Shown one piece after another: positions 17,673-25,156 of a stretch of DNA of 28,179 bases (within the stretch, counting starts at the first letter, position 1; each line of letters starts with the position of its first letter). The stretch lies in assembly GCA_005877365.1 (NCBI GenBank), contig VBPP01000135.1, forward strand, positions 1 to 28,179, written 5' to 3'. Position numbers and translations under genes: made by a program. The stretch comes from Nitrososphaerota archaeon (GTDB lineage Archaea > Thermoproteota > Nitrososphaeria > Nitrososphaerales > Gagatemarchaeaceae). The notes beneath the pieces are model-generated. The model was not told the origin of the DNA and made no database searches. It saw only the letters and a list, made by a program, of their open reading frames with translations.

Positions 17673-18044
17673 CTACCCCCTGATCGGGTCGTGGACTGAG
17701 ACGAGTTTCGTCCCGTCTGGGAAGAGACACTCGACCTGCACCAGGCTGATGAGCTCGGGAACCCCGGGCATGACGTCAGACCTTCTCAGAATCTTCGTCC
17801 CGAGCTCCATGCACTCGGCAACAGACTTCCCGCCTCGCGCGGCCTCAGCGATCTCGTCGCAGATGAGGGCGACCGATTCGGGGTGGTTGAGCTTTAGTCC
17901 TTTTGACCTCCTCCTTCTCGCAAGCTCGGCCGCGGAGAAGAGGATGAGTCTTTCAACCTCCTTCGGAGTTAGTCTCGTATCCTCATTCTCAACTCCAGTG
18001 TACGCGGCTCGGAAGGATTTTTGTTTGAAATTGTCAGTTATCAT
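17673..18044 (-). CDS. ureA: Urease gamma subunit; start ambiguous (ATG 18044, or ACG 17978 at the canonical Met position)
   Basis: [48 protein letters not shown]. Confidence 0.94.
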   Translation of the reverse strand: MITDNFKQKSFRAAYTGVENEDTRLTPKEVERLILFSAAELARRRRSKGLKLNHPESVALICDEIAEAARGGKSVAECMELGTKILRRSDVMPGVPELISLVQVECLFPDGTKLVSVHDPIRG

Positions 18045-18071
18045 TCACTCACTCCGATTTTTTGCGGGAAC

Positions 18072-18082
18072 GAATTTAAGTC
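18072..18082 (+). promoter_or_regulatory. Candidate TATA box for the solA-like gene
   Basis: gaaTTTAAGtc in the divergent intergenic region, preceded by purine-rich ggaacg. Confidence 0.4.
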
Positions 18083-18139
18083 TTGTGTCATGCGGGTGGG
18101 TCGGTCCCAGATGGCGTCGAGGGCGGGTGCACCCGGGCG

Positions 18140-19273
18140 TTGAAGCGGTTCGAGACAATCGTCGTGGGCTGCGGAGGAATGGGCTCCTCAATATCTTATC
18201 ACCTCTCTAGAAGGGGCGCGAGGACCCTCGTCTTGGAGAGGTTCAAACTCAATCACGAAAATGGGTCTTCGCACGGCAGGACGAAGATAATTCGAACGGC
18301 GTACTTCGAGGACCCGAGGTACGTGAGACTGGCGAAGCGGGCTTTTCAGCTCTGGGCGGCGTTGGAGAAGGAAACAGGGAGGCGTCTCTTGGAGGTTACT
18401 GGCGGCCTTATGATAGGTAAGCCCGACAGCCCCATCGTCGTCGGGTCGCTCAGAAGCGCACGGGAGTTCAGCCTGCCTCACTCGCTTCTGGATGCGAAGG
18501 AGTTGGCCGAGAGGTTCCCCGCCTTCGCCGCCTCCGATTCGGAGCGTGCCCTCTACGAGCCAAACGCCGGGATCCTCTTTCCGGACAGATGCATCGAGGC
18601 CCACAAGGAGATGGCTGAGGAGGAGGGGACTAAGTTTCACTTTGGGGAGAGGGTAACTCGTTGGGAGGCGGGAAGGAGTTTGGTCACAATTCATACTGAA
18701 AAGGAAACGTACGCTGCGGAGAAGGTGATCTTTGCTGCAGGACCGTGGAACCGGTCACTGCTGCCCGACCTGAGACTTCCCCTCGAGTGCGAGAGGCAGG
18801 TAATCTTCTGGTTCAGGCCGTCTACGAGGGGAGAACTATTCAACCCCCGGAGGATGCCCATCTTCGGCTGGGAAGTCGGGAGGGGGAGGATCTTCTACGG
18901 TATCCCCAACACGGGACATGGCGTCAAGGCTGCGCGCCACCACGGCGGCAGGGTCTCTCCCCCGGATGAGGTCGATAGAAGGGTGACCGCTGAGGACGAG
19001 GCGCCGGTCAGGACCTTCCTCAAGAGCCGCCTGCCGCTCCTCGATAGGACGCCAATATCCTCGATGACATGCACCTACACCAATACCCCCGACGGCCACT
19101 TCGTCATCGACCGTCACCCACGCCATCGCAACATCTGGCTGGTGAGCCCGTGCTCGGGTCACGGCTTCAAGTTCTCCTCAGTCATCGGCGAGATAGTTTC
19201 GGAGCTGGCTCTCCGAGGATTTACAAGGCAAGACATCTCCCTCTTCTCTCTCGCGCGTCTAGGGATCACGTAA
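18140..19273 (+). CDS. solA: Monomeric sarcosine oxidase / N-methyltryptophan oxidase family flavoprotein
   Basis: Probable TTG start 18140 (MKRFETIVVGCGGMGS); GSSHGRTKIIRTAYFE, CTYTNTPDGHFVID (covalent-FAD Cys position), SPCSGHGFKF. Confidence 0.88.
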   Translation: MKRFETIVVGCGGMGSSISYHLSRRGARTLVLERFKLNHENGSSHGRTKIIRTAYFEDPRYVRLAKRAFQLWAALEKETGRRLLEVTGGLMIGKPDSPIVVGSLRSAREFSLPHSLLDAKELAERFPAFAASDSERALYEPNAGILFPDRCIEAHKEMAEEEGTKFHFGERVTRWEAGRSLVTIHTEKETYAAEKVIFAAGPWNRSLLPDLRLPLECERQVIFWFRPSTRGELFNPRRMPIFGWEVGRGRIFYGIPNTGHGVKAARHHGGRVSPPDEVDRRVTAEDEAPVRTFLKSRLPLLDRTPISSMTCTYTNTPDGHFVIDRHPRHRNIWLVSPCSGHGFKFSSVIGEIVSELALRGFTRQDISLFSLARLGIT

Positions 19274-19289
19274 GTGAGGCTCGGGGGAC

Positions 19290-20012
19290 TTACGAGAGTT
19301 TCAGTCCGAGGTACATCCTCGCGAGCTCCTGATGGGAGAGAAGCTCCTTACTGCCTCCCTCGAAGACCTTCTTCCCACCGACAAGCAGGTAGGCCCTATC
19401 TCCCATCTCGAGGGCTCTCCTCGCGTTCTGCTCCACGAGGACGACGGCCAGCCCCAGGTCACTCGCCAAGGACTTTATGGTCTCAAGCACTTCGGTGGCG
19501 ATCTTCGGTGCAAGGTTAGCGGTGGGTTCGTCGAACATTATGGCCTTGGGTTTTCTTATCATGGCCATCGTCATCGCGACCATCTGCCTCTCCCCCCCGC
19601 TGAGGTTGGCGACCTTGGTGCCCATGTACTCTGATAACCGGGGGAAGATTCCCAACGCCTCTCGAAGTCTTGTCGCATAGTCTTCCGCACCCACGGTGTA
19701 CCCGGCCATCTTGAAATTTTCGGTTACCGTGAGCTGTGTGAAGACACTCTCGGTCTGGGGAAGATAGGCGAGCCCGAGCCGCGCGATCTCGTAAGGGGGC
19801 AATCCAGAGATCACGCGCGAATCGAAGACTATCCTTCCTTGGTAGAGGGTCGTCAGTCCCGATATCGTCTTCAGGAGCGTACTCTTGCCAGACCCGTTGG
19901 GTCCCACAATCACGGTAACCTCCTTGGGGCGAGCCTCGACCGAGATATCGGAGAGAATCTGTAGCTTTCCGTATCCCGCCGAGACCTGCTCGACCGAGAG
20001 CACCTCATCCAC
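19290..20012 (-). CDS. livF: HAAT (Liv-type) ABC transporter ATPase, LivF-like
   Basis: GPNGSGKST, LSGGERQM, FDEPT, LVEQNARRAL, YLG end. Confidence 0.93.
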   Translation of the reverse strand: MDEVLSVEQVSAGYGKLQILSDISVEARPKEVTVIVGPNGSGKSTLLKTISGLTTLYQGRIVFDSRVISGLPPYEIARLGLAYLPQTESVFTQLTVTENFKMAGYTVGAEDYATRLREALGIFPRLSEYMGTKVANLSGGERQMVAMTMAMIRKPKAIMFDEPTANLAPKIATEVLETIKSLASDLGLAVVLVEQNARRALEMGDRAYLLVGGKKVFEGGSKELLSHQELARMYLGLKLS

Positions 20013-20763
20013 CCAGATACGCTTCTATGACCCTCGCGTCGCTAAGGACCTTGTTTGCGTCCCCAGAGGTGAGAACCTTTCCGTAGGCCATCGCGATTAT
20101 TCTGTCGACATACCCCAGCGCTACCTCCAGCCTGTGCTCGACGATGAAGAATGTGAGGCCGAGCTCGTCCCTCAGCTTCAGCAGCTTCGAGAAGATCTCG
20201 TGGGCGAGGGTGGGATTGACGCCCGAGATTGGTTCGTCCAGCAGTAGGACTCTGGCGTCGGCCATCAAGGCCCTCCCGATCTCGAGCAACTTCATCTGAC
20301 CACCGCTCAGGTTTGTCGCGGGCTTATCCCAGACATGGGAGAGTCCGACCAACTCGAGGATGCGAAATGCCTTCTCCGCAGCCTCGGTCTCCTCCTTCAA
20401 CCAAGACCGTTTGATTAGCGCGCCCAGGAATCTCTCCCCAGGATTCCGTCTAGCGGCGGTTAGGAGGTTCTCGAGGACGGTCAGCTTCCAGAAGAGCGTC
20501 GGTATCTGGAAGGTCCTTGCCAGCCCGAGGTCGTAGAGCTTGAAGGGAGCGAGGCCGGTGATTTCCTTTCCATCAAGAAAGACGCTCCCCGAGTCGGGGG
20601 TGTAGAAACCGCTTATCACGTTAGTCAGGGTCGTCTTGCCGGAACCATTCGGCCCAATCAGGATGGTGACCTTCTTCTCTTCCACGTCGAGAGTCACCCC
20701 GTCGAGGGCTCGGAGGCTTCCAAACGACTTAGTGACGTCTCGTACTTCCAGCAACTGACCCAT
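20005..20763 (-). CDS. livG: HAAT ABC transporter ATPase, LivG-like
   Basis: KSFGSLRALDGV, GPNGSGKTT, ARTFQ, LSGGQMKLLEIGRAL, LLDEP, VEHR, VIEAYLG. Confidence 0.93.
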   Translation of the reverse strand: MGQLLEVRDVTKSFGSLRALDGVTLDVEEKKVTILIGPNGSGKTTLTNVISGFYTPDSGSVFLDGKEITGLAPFKLYDLGLARTFQIPTLFWKLTVLENLLTAARRNPGERFLGALIKRSWLKEETEAAEKAFRILELVGLSHVWDKPATNLSGGQMKLLEIGRALMADARVLLLDEPISGVNPTLAHEIFSKLLKLRDELGLTFFIVEHRLEVALGYVDRIIAMAYGKVLTSGDANKVLSDARVIEAYLGG

Positions 20764-20790
20764 TAGTTACCACAAAAGAGAGTGGGGGAC

Positions 20791-22152
20791 TTATGGTGCG
20801 TTGATCCAGGTGACGGTGTCGGTATCGTAGCTCCAGGTTCCTGCCAACGCCCAGCTGTAAGTGCCGCCTGGAATAGCCACAACCTTCCAGATCTGGTAGG
20901 ATCCCGGGATTCTGTCGCCTGAGGCCTGAAGCCCTTCCCATCCGGTGAGGCCGAAGAAGTTGCCTGCGACAGTTGGAAGGACGTTGTGAATCGCCGTTCC
21001 ATCATTCTTCCCTGCGGAGAGTATCGAAAGTGCCGCGATCCAGACGTCGTTGTAGCCCTCTAGGCTGTAGAATACGTTGCTTGAGATAGCTGCATACGCC
21101 GGCGTACCCTTGATTCTAGTGAAGAAGGCATTAGTCTTGCTGTTGTTGATTACGTTGAACAGCGTTGAAGGAAATTTGACCTGAGCCATAAGTGGACCTG
21201 AAGTCGTCTTGTTCGTGAGTTTGGTATTCTGAGCGATCCCGTCAGTTCCGAACCACGGCAGAGATGTGCTCAGCAGCGGTTTGTAGGTTGGGTTGTTGTT
21301 CGCCTGGATGAGCATCGTGCCCTGCTCCTCGAAGGAGACGACGAAGATCGCTACGTTCGCCGCGCCTACCTGGCCCGAGAGAGTTTGGTAGTCGCTGTTG
21401 ATCTGAGCCAGTATCGCGCTGAAGTCTGTCGTATTGATGTCGTACTTGTACGGTCCCTTGATCACTACGCTTATGCTATCCTTCTGCAGGAAGGTCTTCG
21501 TGGCGTTCGCTAGACCGTTCCCGTAGGTATCATCCCTGTTTACTACGACCGTCCTGAACAGGTAGTCGTTGGGAATCGCAAGAGCAGGCGAAGTCGAAGA
21601 TGGGCTGAGCAATACGATGTGGTTCGAGTTGGCGTAGCCAAGAATGGCTGCCGCCGTTCCGCTATTTAGCGGACCTATTACGATTTGAATCCCTGCCGCT
21701 GCCATCGCCTGCAGCTGCGCCAGCGCGGTGGGATTGTCAAGTTTGTAGTCGACGGCATTCAGCTTGAAGGTCAGGTTGCAACCTGCGCTCTGCGTGTAGG
21801 CGTTCACGTCGGTGATTGCCAGATTCTCGGACGCCAGGTCGCCTGCTCCTTGAGACGAAAGTTGCCCGCTGAGGTCGTTTAGTGCCCCAATAGTCACGGT
21901 CTGACCGTTGCAGAGGCCGCCTCCGCCGCCGACACTCGTCGTGAGTGTGACTGTGCCACCTGCTACGGTGGTTGTCGTTGTGCCGCCCCCGACACTCGTC
22001 GTGAAAGTGGATGTGCGGCCCGCAGCCGTGGTTGTCGTTGTGCCGCCAAGGCCAAGCGCCGGAGCGGCTCCATAGATTACTCCCGCACCAATCAGGAGTC
22101 CCACAATTAGCGTTCCGATTGCTATGACTGTAGAAACCCCTCTCTTTTTCAA
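20791..22152 (-). CDS. Membrane-anchored HAAT substrate-binding protein (LivK-like), with an apparent internal in-frame deletion
   Basis: N-terminal hydrophobic anchor, Thr/Gly linker, IGALNDLSG, VIGPLNSG, SPSSTSPAL, RDDTYG, WFGTDG, GLTG. TTG start. Confidence 0.88.
   Translation of the reverse strand: MKKRGVSTVIAIGTLIVGLLIGAGVIYGAAPALGLGGTTTTTAAGRTSTFTTSVGGGTTTTTVAGGTVTLTTSVGGGGGLCNGQTVTIGALNDLSGQLSSQGAGDLASENLAITDVNAYTQSAGCNLTFKLNAVDYKLDNPTALAQLQAMAAAGIQIVIGPLNSGTAAAILGYANSNHIVLLSPSSTSPALAIPNDYLFRTVVVNRDDTYGNGLANATKTFLQKDSISVVIKGPYKYDINTTDFSAILAQINSDYQTLSGQVGAANVAIFVVSFEEQGTMLIQANNNPTYKPLLSTSLPWFGTDGIAQNTKLTNKTTSGPLMAQVKFPSTLFNVINNSKTNAFFTRIKGTPAYAAISSNVFYSLEGYNDVWIAALSILSAGKNDGTAIHNVLPTVAGNFFGLTGWEGLQASGDRIPGSYQIWKVVAIPGGTYSWALAGTWSYDTDTVTWINAP
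21928..22047 (-). repeat. Two tandem 60-bp (20-aa) units in the binding-protein linker
   Basis: gacactcgtcgtga at 21931 and 21991; gtggttgtcgttgtgccgcc at 21968 and 22028. Protein GGTTTTTAAGRTSTFTTSVG / GGTTTTTVAGGTVTLTTSVG. Confidence 0.9.
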
Positions 22153-22174
22153 CGGAATGCAGGAGCGTCCTCGC

Positions 22175-22194
22175 GAAAGTATTTTAATCCTTCG
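22175..22194. promoter_or_regulatory. Candidate bidirectional BRE-TATA between the binding-protein gene and livH
   Basis: GAAAG-TATTTTAAT on plus reads CGAAGG-ATTAAAATA on minus. It is centred in a 69-bp divergent gap, ~28-35 nt from both starts. Confidence 0.5.
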
Positions 22195-22221
22195 TCAGGT
22201 TTGCGATAGAGTTTTTCGGGT

Positions 22222-23334
22222 TTGGTAGTCCCATACTTCAACTCAGCGGTTGTCTACGCTTCTCTTTTTGCTTTCATGGCTATCGGGCTGACACTTACAT
22301 ATCTCACGACGAAAGTCCCCAATTTTGCTTACGGGTCTTTCGTGACCATAGGGCTTTACACGTCGTACACGATGTGGAAAATCAACGGAATAGCTCCCTA
22401 CTACGCCAGCGCCGTGGCGTTCCTGCTCGCCGGATTGTCCTCGGCCATAATGTATCTTGTAGTTCTCAGACCCCTGGCAAGGAGAGGGTCCTCGCTCGTC
22501 TCGTTGATGATTGCTACGTTTGGGGTCGACTTCGGCTTCGTTGGAATATTTGGCATCTATACTGACTACCTTAGGAATAGGTACAATCTTAACGACACGA
22601 AGCAGTTCTTCCAGCTCCAGGCTGACTTCAACCTTGGCGAAGTGCCCGGAATAGTCTACGTTGCTCCCGCAGCGCTGACCCTAATCGCGCTGCTGCTCTA
22701 CCTTCTCCTGACGAGGACCAAGTTCGGAGTTGCTATGAGGGCTTCTGTGGAGAATCCTTCTCTGGCGAAGGTTCTGGGCATAAACGTGGAACGTGTCTAC
22801 GTAGTGTCGTGGATCCTCGCGGGCGGTTTCGCCGGCATGGCTGGCGCGTTCTATACCCTCTGGCTACCGGGAGGGACGAGCACAGGGTCTGACTTGATTG
22901 TGGAGATCTTCGCCTCGAGCATCTTGGGAGGACTCACGAGCATCTTCGGTGCTATACTGGGCGGCCTCGTCATAGGGGGTAGTGAGATAGTTGTCGGGAC
23001 AAACTTGACCACCGGATTCGGTGCGATTGGTGCTGCGGCCCTCGGGGTACTTCTGCTCCTCGTGTCGGTCTACTTGTGGAGACTGAAGAAAGGCCGGGCC
23101 AGAATCGTAGGAGTCGCTGGTATCGTCCTGGGTGCGTACGTATTCTTGGAGGCAGCCTCCGGACTCTCTCTAGATCCCCTGGTGTCGGGACTCGTCGGTG
23201 GATTCGGCGTAGAGGCCATAGCCTATCAAAAGGCGGTGCCGCTCCTGATAATGGTCGCCGCACTCATCGTGATGCCGAAGGGTTTGGTTTCCATCAACTG
23301 GAGAAAACTTCTTCGGAGAGAGAGGAAGAAATAA
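22222..23334 (+). CDS. livH: HAAT ABC permease, LivH-like
   Basis: AIGLTLTY...NFAYG, TKFGVAMRASVENPSLAKVLGINV, FASSILGGLTSIFGAILGG. Confidence 0.92.
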   Translation: MVVPYFNSAVVYASLFAFMAIGLTLTYLTTKVPNFAYGSFVTIGLYTSYTMWKINGIAPYYASAVAFLLAGLSSAIMYLVVLRPLARRGSSLVSLMIATFGVDFGFVGIFGIYTDYLRNRYNLNDTKQFFQLQADFNLGEVPGIVYVAPAALTLIALLLYLLLTRTKFGVAMRASVENPSLAKVLGINVERVYVVSWILAGGFAGMAGAFYTLWLPGGTSTGSDLIVEIFASSILGGLTSIFGAILGGLVIGGSEIVVGTNLTTGFGAIGAAALGVLLLLVSVYLWRLKKGRARIVGVAGIVLGAYVFLEAASGLSLDPLVSGLVGGFGVEAIAYQKAVPLLIMVAALIVMPKGLVSINWRKLLRRERKK

Positions 23335-23335
23335 C

Positions 23336-24538
23336 ATGGCCCTTCCGCAGGCCGTATTCTTTGGAGTCGACCTAGTAAAGTTCGGGATCGACTTCGTGAA
23401 CTTTTACGCGCTCTACTTTGCAATCAGCCTCACCCTGAACCTTGAGGCTGGGTACACGGGCATTCCAAACTTCGGCAAGGTGTTGTATGTCGCTGGGGGC
23501 GCGGCGGTTGCTGGTTCGCTTTCCGGAAGATTAGCGGCCTACGTTTACGGAATAAACACCCATGGCGACTACGTCACCTTCAACGCCCAGATAATCACCC
23601 AAGTGAACAACCTAATCGCGTCTGACCCCGTCTTCGCTACCGAGCTGGTTCTTCTCTCGCTGCTGATAGCAGCTCTGATAGGCGCCGCCTTTGGTTATCT
23701 ATCGTCATATCCTGCGATCCGGCTGAGAGAGGATTACCTGGGTATGCTACTCCTGGCCGTGGCGCAATTCTTCCAAATATTCCTCAGAGGCTTCGTCCCG
23801 CTGGTCGGGGGGACACAGACAATCCAGGTACCAGACCCTTACGTTTACTTCGCCAGTCTTGGTATCGGATTCCGTGACCTTGTCGCGGCTGCGGTGATCA
23901 GCGTGTTCGCGATAACTGTGTACTTCTTCGCCGAAAAGGTGGCTAAGTCCCCCCTCGGAAGGACGATGAGAGCCGTGAGGGACAATGAGGACGCTTCTAG
24001 GGCGCTCGGGAAGGACGATGCATCGATCAGGAGAAAGGTGCTCGTGGTCGCCTCGGCGATGGCTGGGATGGCGGGTGCCCTCGTGACCTTTTACTATGGG
24101 TCGGTAGGAGCTGACACCTGGACCCGGTTCGCGTGGACATTCTGGCCTTGGTTGATAGTAATCATAGGAGGTGCGGCGAACAACGCTGGCATAGCTCTGG
24201 GGGCGCTGTTCTTCACGGCCCTGTTCAAGGGACTCGCTCAGATACAAGTTCTGCTTCCTCCTTCGGTTCTGAGCGACCCCAACTACATAGTCGACATCGC
24301 CTTCGCGGCTCTGATCGTGATCGTGCTTCTAGTCAGGCCGGAGGGGATATTGCGTGAACGGCCCACGCTTACGCTGCCGCGAAGGAAACTCGTGATGATT
24401 GCTCGGTCCTCCAGCACTCAACTCCCACCCGCGGAGGGCGATTCATCAACTCGAGAGGGAGGGGGGAAACTCGGAAGGCTGAAGTCGCTGCTCGGGCGAA
24501 TCTTGAAGAGGAGAGGGTCCGCCGACTCTGCCCGATAG
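23336..24538 (+). CDS. livM: HAAT ABC permease, LivM-like
   Basis: LNLEAGYTGIPNFG, RLREDYLGMLLL, SPLGRTMRAVRDNEDA..ALGK, IIGGAANN, RPEGIL. Confidence 0.92.
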   Translation: MALPQAVFFGVDLVKFGIDFVNFYALYFAISLTLNLEAGYTGIPNFGKVLYVAGGAAVAGSLSGRLAAYVYGINTHGDYVTFNAQIITQVNNLIASDPVFATELVLLSLLIAALIGAAFGYLSSYPAIRLREDYLGMLLLAVAQFFQIFLRGFVPLVGGTQTIQVPDPYVYFASLGIGFRDLVAAAVISVFAITVYFFAEKVAKSPLGRTMRAVRDNEDASRALGKDDASIRRKVLVVASAMAGMAGALVTFYYGSVGADTWTRFAWTFWPWLIVIIGGAANNAGIALGALFFTALFKGLAQIQVLLPPSVLSDPNYIVDIAFAALIVIVLLVRPEGILRERPTLTLPRRKLVMIARSSSTQLPPAEGDSSTREGGGKLGRLKSLLGRILKRRGSADSAR

Positions 24539-24557
24539 CTGCTCTTTTCGCTCAAAT

Positions 24558-24586
24558 CTTTATTATTCGGACGGAATTCTGGAGGG
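24558..24586 (+). promoter_or_regulatory. Candidate TATA and SD for gins23-mcm
   Basis: CTTTATTATT ~30 nt above TTG 24593; GGAGGG at 24581-24586. Confidence 0.5.
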
Positions 24587-24592
24587 TCTTCG

Positions 24593-25156
24593 TTGAGTTC
24601 TGTGGACTTTCCCCTCAGGGAGCTATTTCAGCAGAGAGAGAGGGATTACCTCTTGTCTAACGTGAAGGTGAGCATGCGCTCCGCGGTGGAGAACATCGAG
24701 GTAGGGGACCTCAAGGTCGAGAAACTGAGGGAGGGAGAGACAGCAGAACTCCCCAGGTGGGTCGCGGAGGAGTTCGCTAGCCTCGGCCTCGCAGAAGTCG
24801 CTGAGGAACCGTTCGAGACTGAGATACTGAAGTCTCTGAGTAGAGAGAAGATGATCGGAGCTTTCCAGCTCTCGAACCTCGCCCCAGACTTTTATCTCAG
24901 GATGAAGAGGAGGCTCGCCTACCTACGCGATGCGGCGGGAGCGGGGAGGGTGAGGAAGGAAGATTACGAGAGACTCAGGGCTAGCAGCTACGACCTCATC
25001 GGGATAAGGCTGGGGAAGCTTCTGTCTCTTTCGAGCTCCTCGACGACGCTCTCGGCTATCGCCGACAAGCTCACACCCGAGGAGAAGGTCTTCTTTGCCA
25101 CGTCGCAGTCGCTCACGAAGGAGTGGAGGACCACGCTGCTCGGAGAGAAGGCCTAG
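24593..25156 (+). CDS. gins23: GINS complex subunit, Gins23 type
   Basis: B-domain-first layout (KVSM..., ELPRWVAEE), L..DFY, C-terminal LTPEEK; directly upstream of mcm. Confidence 0.82.
   Translation: MSSVDFPLRELFQQRERDYLLSNVKVSMRSAVENIEVGDLKVEKLREGETAELPRWVAEEFASLGLAEVAEEPFETEILKSLSREKMIGAFQLSNLAPDFYLRMKRRLAYLRDAAGAGRVRKEDYERLRASSYDLIGIRLGKLLSLSSSSTTLSAIADKLTPEEKVFFATSQSLTKEWRTTLLGEKA

Noticed and set aside
18001-18082. NrpR operator (GGAA-N6-TTCC) or another shared nitrogen-regulator site in promoter regions
   Set aside because: No match in the intergenic regions I inspected; only a weak TGAAATTGTCA palindrome in one place.
18111-18143. 10-codon upstream ORF (MASRAGAPGR*) whose TGA overlaps the solA TTG
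   Set aside because: Could be translational coupling, but it is equally expected by chance and there is no supporting signal.
67-23423. Many long antisense or alternative-frame ORFs in the track (e.g. 7100-7819, 8858-9391, 13684-14376, 16860-17312)
   Set aside because: They are shadows of well-supported genes in GC-rich DNA and show no motifs.
19290-24538. Urea transporter UrtABCDE
   Set aside because: The binding protein looks like a general archaeal LivK-type protein and I see no UrtA-specific features. The substrate is left open.
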